Shown one piece after another: positions 35,918 through 49,900 of a DNA stretch of 64,000 nt (its first letter is position 1; each line of letters opens with the position of its first letter). The translations under genes were made by a program, and so were the position numbers. The stretch is taken from the NCBI GenBank assembly GCA_951406725.2, contig OX597819.1:28334001-28398000 (forward strand), written 5' to 3'. Origin of the DNA: Octopus vulgaris (lineage: Eukaryota). Below the pieces are notes generated by a model. The model ran no database searches, was not told the DNA's origin, and saw nothing but the letters and a program-made list of their open reading frames with translations.

Positions 35918-37880
35918 CTGAAATATATAAAAATAGTAAATAAATAGATAAAAATATATAAAAATTTGTAATTTCCTAAGTAGAAATATCCAAATTCAAT
36001 AGAATTTTTTTTACATAGGAAACAATGACAAACTATAATAAATCCAATAAAATTAATACCAACAATTAAAGAAATGACTAGATTCAACATACATTTTTAT
36101 AATAGATTAAAAATTATACTTGTTATCCACTATGCTAATTTACTAGCATCTTTTTCTTAGCATCAACCCTGATGTACCCCAAATACTCACTCCTAAGCAA
36201 TATGAGGGGGTGTTGAAAAGTTTCTGGCTTTGGGTAAAAGAAAGTACAGGAGGATCAGTTATTCAACATATTCTCTGCTCAGATTTACACACTTATTGCA
36301 GCAGTCCTTCAGTTTTTGTAAGCCCTGTAAAAGAACTCAGAAGGTTGGGCCTCCAACTAGACCCTTCTCAGCACACTGCATCTCTCTCTGTGTGTATATA
36401 TATACACACAAACAATACATAGTAAAAAAAACCTTCTAAGTTGCTACAAATGCTAGGTCTTAGATTTTCTAATTATCTTTATTAGCAACCTCACATGTAT
36501 TTCTGAACTGTGGCCTGAAGACTGGCTTTTTCTCTGTAGGTCTGGAAAATATTTCAGTTTTGATTAGTTGCTGACCTTTCATAAAGCTTTACTAAGACTC
36601 ACAGCAGAGTACTGCTCCCATATCTGGGATGTTGATTATATTATACAAAAGCATGCATGAACAAACATACTAGACCCTATACAGAAGAAGGCTGTCCAAC
36701 TGACTAACGAAGACACCCTCACTAGCACAACAATCCCTGGACCACAGATGTGCTATAACCTCTCTGTCTATTACCAAGGTTTGTTTTTCTGAACTAGCTG
36801 ACTGTATATCGTCTCCCACCCATGTTCAGCAAACACACTCATCTCTCCACCACTCTTTACTTTAATGTATTAAGATTTTATTGAAAACTAGTTTCTATTC
36901 TGAGCTATAACCATTTCCATTGCATTTCTATTTATTTTTTTTTGTAAATCTCTCCATAACACTCTGAAGTGATAATTTATTTATTCAGTATCATGAAATT
37001 TATTAAAGGTTATTAAAGATATTGTTTGCAAATTTTGGCACAAGGCCAGCAGTTTCAGTGAGGAGTGCTCAACTGGTACTTATTTTATCAACCCTGAAAG
37101 GATGATAGGAAAAGTCAACCTTAGCAGAATTTGAACTCAGAACATAAAGATGAACGAAATGATGCTAATGATTCTGCCAGCTCACTGCCTTATAAGGTTA
37201 CAGAATATATTGAATTTGAAGAATTTGTATTTAAAATCAGAAACTAAAAACTCATGCTTAAGTGACATTGAATATTAAACTAGAAACAAACCTGCCAAAT
37301 GCATTTATTAATGAAACAATTTCTGTTCTTCGAAGCTGGAAGTTATTCTTTTTGTTAGCATTCACGACTGAATTAGGTCCAATAGAATTACCAGAGAATA
37401 AAATCTTTAATGCAGTTCCCATTCCTTGAACCTAGGCAAAAAAGAAAGAAAAAAGATACATAATGGTAAAAATTAAACAAACTGAAAGAAAATAGGTGCA
37501 GGCATGGCTGTGCAGTAAGAAATTTGCTTCTCAACCACATGGTTCTAGGTTCAATTCCATCATGTGGCATATTGGGCAAGTATCTTCTGTTATAGCTTGA
37601 ACTGTAAAGCTTGGTGGATAAGAAAATCAGACATTTCATTCTTAATGACCTGATATTTTATAATCATTCTTTCTCTCTTTTCATTGTCATTGCATTTATA
37701 ACTTCATCGGCAATCTTTCGTCTCTAGTAGACCTTTCCGTTGATTTCCGTAAAAAAATTTTTTTTTTACATATGGGCTTGCGGGAACTTTTGAAGTAATG
37801 AGAGCGAAAGAGACTAAGAGAAAGCGATTGTATGACAAGGGAAATTCTTTTGAAGTTACCGTGCATGGGAAGCATTGATG

Positions 37881-37940
<60 letters not shown>

Positions 37941-40900
37941 ATGGGGTGTGGGAGACAGACAGTATGTTGTGTAAGTGAAGTGCTTCTGTTAGTGTGTGTG
38001 AAGAGGCAGAGTAATGTGTGAAAGAAAGAGATAACTGAAATTTTTTACTCGGTGTATGTGTATATGTATGTATATTACTTCAAAAGTTCCCGCAAGCCCA
38101 TATGTAAAAAAAAAAAATTTTTTTACGGAAATCGACGGAAAGGTCTACTAGAGACGAAAGATCGCCACTTCATCTATATAACAGTCAAAAACTTCTGATC
38201 ATGCTGGTGGTAGTAGCAGCAGCACCATCACCTTATTCCTCTCCCAGTTTTCCATGCCGGTACTGAGCGAATGAGTGCTGAAGACCTTTCTATGGCTGGC
38301 TCTTCCTATTACCAACTTTCATTTTGTTTCCAAGTAAAGTAATATTTTCTTTTGTCCTTCAAACAGTAAGCAATACAATGGCTGAACATGTTTTTTGTGG
38401 ACGGTTATCTTTACTGATAAGTTAAAAAACTAATATAAATCTGAACTCAAAACACAGTTTTATATGACAAATGTTAATTACATCATTAATGTTTTAATAA
38501 AAATAACACAACTCAAAAAATACTTACTTGTAATTTCCCCCATAATTTGCATTTATCACAACCAACGCAATCCATTATTCGAGATATATTTCGGAAATGA
38601 ATTTGAAATTGAGCCTAAAATACAAAGAAAATAAGCACAATGACTTTTTTTTTACAATTCCATAAACAGAAAAATGCTTCAGCTGGATACAATTACATTT
38701 CTTTCTTTTTTGTTTAGAAAAAAATTATACATCTAGCACAGAGCCTTGGGATACAACTGAGTTTAATACAAAATATACATACACTATATGACAATGAGAT
38801 GAGAGAGAGAGAGAGAGAGAGAAAAAGAAAATGATAATTTCATACTTTAAGTTTTTTAGCTTGTATAGAATCTCCCTGGAAAAGTTTGCTTTCATCAAAA
38901 TGATCATTAAATGATCTGAAAAGATATTATATTGAAAAAAAAAAAAATCATACAGCTATTTAATAAAATACATTTTCCTTGTTTTCATGAATAACAATGT
39001 TTTGATGATGATGAAGATGATGTTGATAATGTTCATGGAGTGTTTTAAGTTTCTTGTTGCTCAAATACACCCAGTATATCCTGTAGGGCAGTTGATGGTA
39101 GGAAGGGCATCTAGCTATAGAAAACAAACCAAAATTAAAGTGCATGAATAAAAATGTGTTTCTCTGACCTATCTAGGTGATTAGTAAATATGAATAAGAA
39201 CTGATTTGGACTGTTACAACCCATCCAACCTATGCCAGCATGGAATGTTGATGTAATATGATGAGGATGGATATTTCACAAAACTAACTTGAAAAATCAT
39301 GTAATGAAATGGTAACACTGGAAATGCCAGGCAAACGTTTCATAGATATATCTAAATTTTCACCTTGCAGATCTATTTTATGAGATACAGGCTAATTAAT
39401 TACATCTTCATTACTTTTGTTCTATATGACTCAGCTTAACCTTTTAGCATTTAAACCAGCCATGACCAGCCTAAATATTCTACTTGTTTCATGTATATGC
39501 TGAACAGATCCAGCTTCTCACACTTACTCTATAATGTCATTCTAAAAATAAACAATCACATCATCAAAATCTTGAAGCTATGAAATAATTCGTGATTAAT
39601 TCAAAACAATGTGAACAAATAAGTATTATATTTGTCAGATTAATCTGAATACTGAAGGGAGAAACATCATCATTAAAGAAGTGACTTGCTAATGCAAGTC
39701 ACTTGCCTCTCTCTAATTTTAAGCCTATTCTGGGTATATTTTGGGGAGGGATAAACAATTATCATGTTGGTTTTGTTATGCTAATCATGAATTAGTGTAT
39801 CTTAAGATTTTAAAAATTTAATATTATAAAATAAAAGCAGATATATAAATTACTATCAAGTGGACAGTTTTAAATTAAAGAAAAACAAATCATAGAAATA
39901 TTTATTCATCCTTTTATTTTTGACAGTGGTATCAGTGCTGTCTTAAGACATGGTAAGCACATTTGGCAGTTGCCAAAGATGGGAAGGAGGCTGCACATGT
40001 TTAGGGGGCTAATGCCAATTTAGAAATTGTTGTGGCTTGCTGTTAAATAAATACTAGAGGAGGCTTCAGTTCACTGCTTTGCTTGGGGTCTCTATAATGC
40101 TGTTAAGATGGCCCTGGATCGCTATTCTGAAAATACATTCTTGTACCTAATAATCCTTTGCATTTCTCTGAAGTGACATCGATGTATTAGAAGATTATCG
40201 ATTCAACTATTTTTATTAGTATTATAAAACAAATAAACAGTAACTTTTGCACTTTTTAACTTACCGCACAGCATCCAAAAATTTTTTAATATCATTTTTC
40301 ACCTTAAGATCGTTTGTTTCATTACCAGTGTAGAAAGATTCCTTTAAAGAATGAAAGAAAGAGAAAATGGATGGTTAATAAACCTATATGTAAATTATCT
40401 ATTAACTATAGATAGAGAAGAGAAAAAGAAGTTAAATACTGTAGACATTTTTATAGAAACTATTTTGGTTAAGAAAGTTGAAATTGCATTTGAAAAAAAA
40501 AATAATAAAGATCAAGAAGTTAACCCTTTCACTGCAAAATTAAATTTCATGGTTATTCCAGTAACGATGTTAAATATTTACCAAATATTTTTGGTATTTT
40601 CTGCAAGTCATGTTGTCTGAATAAATTTGACAAACCTCAACGAAAAATAGCTTTACTCATGATATTCCTCAACAAAGTTTACATTGAGATATAAAATTAC
40701 TTTCTGTAGTTAAGGGTAATGAAATTATAAGTAGCTACATCTGATTTTCATAGAATAAAGGTTAGAGAAAAACAAGAAATAAATATTTTCAGAATAGTAA
40801 ACATTTAAAATTATTTCAGTCTCCTTCTCCCATGCTAATTTGAATGTTCCAGAAAATTTGGAGAATTACATAAATATTATCAGAAAAAGAGTGGCCACTC

Positions 40901-43900
40901 CTAAGTTAATTCTGTTCACACAAATCTGATCAAAATGCTGACTTGACAGTATTCACCCGTGGTGCGTTGAGCTGGCTTCATTCATCCTCAATGCTGCATC
41001 TCTCACAAACGCTGACCAGGCCTGGCGATTTGAGGCTAACGACCGCGTGATCTCCAACCACTCCTTATTCCAGTGGCGAACACCGTAGATATGGGGGCCT
41101 AGGTTGGGTTCCAGATCAGCCTTGACTGTCATCAGCCAGGTTTTTCGTTGTCCACCACATCGCTTTTGCCAACCCTGAAGGGGATCTGGGACAATTGCTT
41201 CGTAGATGAATTCTCCTGGTTGATCAAAATGTTCTACTTGTTTAAGACTGGATTATCTAATGTGTTCTTCCTATTTTTAAGGCTGTAGTGGTGTGATTTC
41301 AGGGAGAATTAACTGTAGCTTCTAAAAAATTTGCAATAGAATAGAGGCCTGAAAATTGGAAGAGGTTTACATTTGGATGTTGCTCCTTATTCAACTTCCT
41401 TAATCATGAATGAGAATGGTTTAATTGACATGAATAGGTCTCCACTATAACATGCAGTTCCTGTTTTGTGAATTTTGTTGCTGTTTACTATAAAAGCAGA
41501 CTGGTGCAGTTATGTACACTTTGTGTCTAAGTCTTTGTTGTTATTCGGCGTCAGATCAATCTGTTAACCTGACAATATTGTTTTTGTTTTTTTTAAACCT
41601 AGCACCACATTGAAAAATGTGTCCTTTTTTTCTTTTTGAAGAGGTAGGCTGTAATCCAAGGGTATTTGGTTGCTGTTTCTGGCAGGTTGAGTGACTATAT
41701 AGAGGCTACTTTGATAGCTTTTTGAAATCACTGTTATCCATATTGTTGTGAAGTCACCCCAAAAAATATCACATGATAATCACATGAAAAGACACACGAT
41801 CGTAATCCTTCATGGATGGATATACCCACAGAATCCTCCATGTGTATATCTGTATGAAATGAATGGATGAATACACCCTCATAATTTGCCATGTGTGTAT
41901 GTGTTTGAAATACATGGAAATATATATATCATCATAGACCTCACATTTGAATATACATGCATGAGATACATGACGGATATACTATCTTTCATAGCAGTAT
42001 ATGCCATCATAATCCTTCATGTGAATATGTGTATAAGATACATGGATGGATATACCATCATATTTCTCCATGTGAATACGTAGGTGAGATACACCATCAT
42101 TTTAATATCTAATTTTCCATGCTTGCACAGGTCAGATGAAATTCATTGAGACAAACTTTCTACAGCTGGATGCCTTTCCTGTTGCCAACCCTTTTCCACC
42201 AACTGCTTCTAAGTAAGGTAATATTTCTCCTTGGCTAGACATGATTATATAGAAGACTACAAATGAATGATACTGCTTGTATGCTGGTAACACCCACCTA
42301 CAAACATAACTCAATGCTAAGACAAGGACACACATACAGTGGAATTGAATGTAAAAACATAGTTGGGAAATGAATTTCTCAACTACATGGTCATGCCTGT
42401 ACCTACATGGATGCATATACCATCAGAATCCATGTATATATGTGTGTGCATAAGAGTGCATTCAATGCAAGAAGACCCATCTGCCACAGAAGAATTAATA
42501 CCGGTGCTGGTGCCACATAAAAAGCACCCAATACACTCTGTGGAGTGGTTGATATTAGGAAGGGCGTCCAACAATAGAAACCATGCAAGAAAAGATAATG
42601 GAGCCTAGTGTAGCTCCAGTCAAACTTTTCAACCCATGCCAGCAGGGAAAATGGACGTTGGACGATGATGATGATATAATTCAAACTAACTTTACTGAAA
42701 AAGAAATTAACAACAAATGTATATTTGACCCTTTAAACTGGCCATATCTGGCCAAAATATTCTTTCTGTTTAATGTTTAAACTGTCCAGATCCAGTCTCT
42801 CACAACTACCCAACAATGTTTGTCTGAAAAATAAACAACCAAAATCTCTCAAGTTACAAGAAAATGCTTGATAAATTCAAAACATTGTGGATAAATGAGT
42901 GTTAAATTTGATAGAACAATCCAAATGCTAAAGGATTAAACCTTTCGTTATCATATTTCTGTTGAAATACATAGCCTTTGTTTCAATTAATTTTGAAGTT
43001 AATGAAGAATTTAGTAAAAGACCATTGTCAATATTAAGCTACTGTTTGGAGCATTAATTAATATGAAACTTTGATGGTAGGTTTTAGTTTGGCTTGTTTT
43101 AAAAGAAATTTGTGTTATAAAACCATGGATAGTCTCTGGTGGGTTAGTATCAAAAGGTAGTATATTTCCACAGACATGTAAGCATAAAGGAAAAAATTAC
43201 CATTTCTAAGTAAGGTGAAGCTTTTGCAATGGCTCTTAGTTCAACTAAATAAGTAAAATACAGATTTTTCAACCATTGTGGGCCTTGTCCAGCAGTTGTT
43301 TCTGGGTCAAATCTTTGCTTGAATTCTTTTACATTCATGCCCCATCTGCTAGGTTTATAAACAGTATCTACAAAATAATATTTATTTGAAATTAAAATTC
43401 GTGAAAAAAAAAAAAAATTATGTTTTCAGAATGATTTCAAAAGAAATCAATTACAAATTTCGAAGAAACAAGATAGATATCTGTTACCAAGCTATTTACC
43501 TCATCTTGGATGTATTCTTACTCTCCTCAGTCATCTTCAGATGATAATCTTGATCTAGGTCAGAGATTGAACCTGCAATCTTTATTTCATCAACAACATT
43601 TGATTTTCTAACCACTAACATATTGTACCAGAGGATAAAGGTGTTGTTATTTTAAAGTATTTTAGCATATGTAACAATATGATTTTTTGGTATCCTTAAG
43701 TACTGTAAAATGACAACAGTATTGTCATCCTGCACAATAGACTGGCGATGAGAACAGCAGAGCCAACTGATGGAAAGTTGAGGATAGGAGAGAGAGGTTG
43801 GTGTGTTTAGGTAAGTGTTGAGAAGTTAAAATATGATGGGAAGAACAGGTTTATTGTTGTGAGAAGATGGTAGTCTAGTGACTAACAGACACAGTGTAAA

Positions 43901-46900
43901 TGTAACAGAGAGTATCAATGTAATCACAGATCTAAGATATAAACTTAAGATATCAGATAATATTACAAAACAGGTACCTGATTGGAGTTTCTTACTCTGG
44001 CTACACAAGATATTTATGACAAATTTACTTTTAGATCCCTAATGAAAGGAAATTTACATATCACAGTCACAAAAACCATAAACTTTGAAGAAATTATGCT
44101 AGTAGTACAAATGGTGATATGAAAGCTATCTTTTTAATAGATGCTTTACCAACATAATATTGGCATTGGTTTCAAATCAGTATAAAATTTTGTAGTTACC
44201 TGGAAATAAGTATTTTGCAGACAAATGTATATTGATACTTGTATGAAGTCCAGAAATCATGCGGTAGAAAACTCTTTTCTCAAGACAAATTCCTAGAGAT
44301 AAAATTAAGAAATAAAACATTTAAAACTCATTTTAAATAATTCAAAATATTCTGAACATAGAAAAGAACATTGTGTAATTGTTTATTTAATGAATACATC
44401 ATTTGAAATTGATAACGAATAAAATGCATAATTATTCTGTTAAATACTAGTTTTGTGAATACATGAATACAATGTACTTCAACGATACTTCATATTATCC
44501 ATATTGGTCAGTAATGAAATGAAGGATGTTTTTAATCCAGTGAGTGTCTATAAATATGAATGAGTTTAATGAGTAAGCACAGAAAAGAGGAGTAATTGAG
44601 TGGAATAAGTATGGTTTATACAGAATACTCATGCATGATATACAGTGCAAACCAATGGACAACAAACATCAGTTCATAACAAAGAAATCAACCAGATACT
44701 TACAAATTTAATGGATACATTCATAGTATTAAATGTTAATACAGACAGACAAACAGACATACACACAAAAGTGACTACAGAATACATTTTAGTATGGTAT
44801 TATTAAACACCAAACATTAGTAACTAAGGAGTTGTTAAGATTCGGTGAATATATAATATTGAAATATATTATAAGTGAATTTAAATGAGTTCAACAATTA
44901 AAGCAAAATGTGCCATGATAGATTCTAAAATGTCTGATAGATTGACATAGGTTAGTTTTGTGATGGAAATAAGTTAGCTATAACTTGAAAGGATTTGCAA
45001 AGATATGAGGAAACAATGTAAAAAAAAAAGTGCTAATTATAAAGGTATTTATAAGCACCTGTTTCATAATTGATGTTAAATACAAAACTAGCTTTTGTTT
45101 TCAGTAACATAAACTTTGATATTCAAAATTTTATACATGTATAGATGTAATTTTTTAAAACCTATTTCTTTCACTTTTCTTCTTTCTACAGAACCTATAA
45201 ATTTTCTTTTTGTAAAAAATATTTGAGTCTAAACTGTTCTTCCCTATTTAAATGTTTCACATTCCTACACTTACACACACACATCTATCAAACATTGTCT
45301 TTGCCATTCCATTTGCTTTATTATCTTTTTTTCCCTCATACTGGTGAGAGAAAAAACATAGCATGAATTTGGTATTTCTTTCCTTTCATATATGTTATGC
45401 ACATTTTTGCAACTGATAATGGGAAATTCTAAATGCGATAAATAAAGAGCATTCGATCATACCAAACTCATCCTCAGACATGGTTGAAATACATATCACA
45501 AACATGCAAGCATCATATATAAATACCTGGGAAATACAAGATGACCAATGGGACTGGGGAGGTGGGGTGGGATGGTAGTTCAGTTATAATAACAAGTGTA
45601 TTTGCATAATGATACAAGGGAAAACAACTGTGTTGATACAGGAATTATTGTTGCCATTTGAAATGTAAGACAGAGGTCAGCAGACAGATTGACTTACAGG
45701 GGGCAGAAGTGGAAAACAGGACAGAGCAATCCAGGAGGAGCAGGAGTTGTGTGGTGTATAGATATGTAGATATATAAAGGACGGTGTGGGAAGTGAAAGG
45801 ATTATAAATCTTCACCAGCTAAATCAAACATAGGGTTTCATCTGGTGGAAGGAGGTAAGTGTCCTCTTATATGTCCCATACAGCAAAAGACTTGTTTACA
45901 CATCCAAGGATACCTGCATGTATACATACTTAGACAGTCAGACACACACACTTATACATAATACGCATATACACAGATTTATGACTTAACCATACACTCT
46001 CCTTATCTGTGTAAAGCCATCACATCAAAGGTAGAAAATATATTTTTCCATCAGAATTTGGATAGTTTCCCTTTGCATTGTATTTTACATGCATCTATTA
46101 ATCTACCAGTCTCCATAGACTTATTTCTGTGTCTGGAATGTAATGGTTGTACACATGTCCTGTCATCTAATTTATATATTATGAACAGTTATGTGGCATG
46201 TTCATTATGCACCTATGTGAATACATGCGTTTATCTTAGTCTGCATATCTCTGAGAATGGCTTCCATCAGACTGTATTGCCTTACTCACACACATACATT
46301 GTTTTGAAGGTAATATTTTCTATGTATCTAAATGCCTTTTGAAATAAATATATACTTCTTTTTAAAGGATCTGAGAAAGTTATAAGATGATGCACAAACA
46401 CTCAGCTCTGAGTGCACTGCTTCTTATAATAGAAACAGTTGTAAGTTAATGAAGCTGACTATGCAATTCCTTTGTCATTTAATAATTTGTATTATGCTCT
46501 GCACTTGCCTAACACTTAATTCTAAAGCATATGTATATTGACTTCTAACAACACATTATTAGTATTGCTATGCCTAATCAAACTCATAATATATATAGAT
46601 GATGATGATGATATATATATACATACATATAATGTATTCATACATATATAGCTATATAATGCAAAGGAATATGGATTTTAAGTTTGTGCAGATACCTTAT
46701 GAGCATTCTGATAAAATTCAGTATTAGCTAACCCCATTGAATGATAGGAAAGATTTAGAATAAACAATTAAACTGTACTTCATTCAACTGGTAAATCCTG
46801 AGTTCGCTTCAATCGATTTCATATAGAATATAGAATATAGGGTATATTATCAAGACATAATAATGAAGAATGTAGAATTATACATCTTCAAAATTTATTT

Positions 46901-49900
46901 ATTAAAAAGCATTTTCTTCATATTACATTTCAACATGTGCTTTGAATATTTTGAAGATTGGGTTAACAGATGTATTAATGTAGTGAGAAATAGCTAAACT
47001 ACCACAGCTGAGAGTGACTGAAGGTGGGTTCTCTGTTGATCTCAATGATAAACATTCAGTAGTTAATCAACTGAATTTCTATTTGTGAATCTAACATGTA
47101 AGTGGCTGCATATTCCTTAGACATATGAACCCCTTTGCAATTCTCATGCCAGTGACAGAATTGGACATTTGTATTATATGTCTAGTTTTAGACATTTAGT
47201 TGATTAAGCAAGTGTAATACATGTTCAAATCCAATAGCTGACAATCCTATATAACTTTATTCAGGGTGTTTCCCATACTGGTGGCTGAAGTGAACTGAAG
47301 ATTCAAGTATTAAGTATAAGTTCCTAAGATATACTCTTGGTAAGGGAATATAAAAGATTAGGGCAAAAGACAATGGAGATAATAGTGAAATATGATATGA
47401 CCATAGTTCTGGTTTTATTTAAACTTAGAATGACCTCTTTAGACAGTAAAGAAACAGATTACTATGTTATTCTTAGTAGTAGAAGGCACCTTAAATAGGT
47501 CAGGATGTATTAACATCACTGTAATATAAAATAAATGGATGAATTTAAAAAATGGAAACAAGGAAGAAGTTAATATTGATTTTTGTTGGGTAACTTGACT
47601 TATCCATAAGAGAAAATTATAATATGGGTTTCAAATTTAGGCACAAGGCCAGCAATTTCGGGGAGGGGCTAAGTTGATTACATCGACTCCAGTGCTCGAT
47701 TGGCACTTATTTTATTGACCTGAATGGATGAAAGACAAAGTCAATCTTGGTGGAATTTGAACTCACAATGTAAAGATGATAAAATGCTGCTTAACATTTT
47801 GCTCAGTATGCTAACGATCCTACCAGCTTGCCACTTTATAAGAGAATATTATAATGCTAAAATATTACAATTAATATTAATTGAATTGAATAAAATAAAA
47901 GTAACATGATTAGTTTTCTTAATAGAAAAAACAAACAAACAAACAATATAATTGAAAGGCTAGCCTAGCAGTTTGAGATGGAGATTAGTGTTATGTAGTT
48001 AAAACCTATATCAAATAAATTTGTGAATATGACTAGGTTTATTTATGTGTCCTTCTGTCTAAGTGAGTTCAAACTAAAATCACTTATTTGAAAAATCTTT
48101 AAACGTTTTTCTACATGAATGTTAGCATTTTATTGCTAGTTCATTTCCATAGTTTAATAACCTACATTTAGATGTAAAGCTATGGAATATTTCTTCAAGG
48201 CAGAGATCACATTTCTGATTCCCACTAGTATCGGGTGAACCACTACTAATAATTGTCCTTTTAATGTCATATTTGGTGCTTTTATCATTCAAAGTTCAAA
48301 TGAACTTACTTGACATACAGTTAATTTTTTTCTAATTTAGAAAGGAGAAAGATAATCATATATTTCTTTTTTAAAGTCTGCAGAGAAAGAATTTATATAA
48401 AAATTTGAAATACCTTCAACTGTTACTGTACATTTATATAATTTAATTTATATGATTAATTTTTTTTCTGTATTTGGAAGAAGAAAGATAATTACGTATT
48501 CTTTTTTTTAAAGTCTGTAAAGAAAGAACTTGTGTAATAATTTGAAATACCTTCAACTGTTACTGTACATTTATATACTAAATTATTTCTAAAACATTTT
48601 GCAAGCAGACACATTAAGTTGTTTCTACAATTACAAGGACATTTTTTATCAGTAACCCTATGTTTATTATTGACAGAAGTATTATAAACTTTGTTTTGAG
48701 AATCAAGTATTACTGTATGAATATTACCAGCACAGTGCCATTGGATTCACTGCCCAGGCCATTCATTTCGTAGGTGTGATCAGGGTTCATTTACCTCCCT
48801 TACACCAGCTTCAATAAATTCATTATCATTTCTATTACTATTGTTATCAATACAAACGTTCACTACATTCTTACTTTTATTTATATCATGCTCCACTCCA
48901 TCTGGATAGCTATTATTATTACTAGTTATATTATCATTATTATTTATATTTTTTCTATCAATTGCATTTACTGGGTCCATATTAGTGAACTATTATTCAT
49001 CAAAAACATGTCGGAATGTAATATGAAGAAAATGATTTTTAATAAATAAATTTTGAAGAGGTATAACTCTCTATTCTTCGTTATTATGTTTTGATATATC
49101 TATATCTACATATACGCACACACATATTGTCCAACCCATGCCAGCATGGACAATGGGTGTTAAATGATGATGATCTCTCTCTCACACACACACAAAACTT
49201 ATCTGTTCTTAAATTACTTTGCATAGATAAATATAAATTTATGCAGCATAAACTTATATGGTGTCATTTTGGAATTTGCATAATTGTATGGAGTTTTAAA
49301 ATTTGTCAATCTGTAGTTTTGTTGAAATGCATAACATTGTATTTCAATTTTACTTAGCAACTGAAACATAATTGTAAATGGGAAAATTATTTCAAAAAAA
49401 AAAAAAGAGAGAGATAGGGTAGTTTAAGCCCATAACCATAAAAAATAAAATGCACAGAAAAGAATGCAGGCAAATTCATTCATCAAATGACTCTTTTGGC
49501 TATTAAATATCAGAAAAAAATGATGTTATGCTCATGTATCAGAAATACAGTACAGAAATAGTGACTTTTCTAAGTTAAAATACAGGAATGTAAATTATAC
49601 TAAACTATTGTATCTGAACAGTTGCAAATATCCTATAGTAATTTAGAAAATTAATTGTAAATTTTGTAGCTTTTCAAATGAAAATACTTGTTTAGAGGTA
49701 GTTCCCATCCATAAAATCAAAGCTTAAAACTAACTTATTACCTTAATTAGTCTAATTGATGTTTGACTAGGTTAATGTATCTCTAAATCAGTTTTAAACC
49801 AACTTGTTCATGAACTTTCTCATGTAACTGTTATTAACTGATGACTACTACCATCATATCATTGGATTTTAATCACTTAGCTTCAAGAAAAACATGTTAT

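Noticed and set aside
45445-45482. Minus-strand CTGAGGA...CGAAT resembling a Penelope hammerhead
   Set aside because: GAAA core broken and no convincing stems I or II
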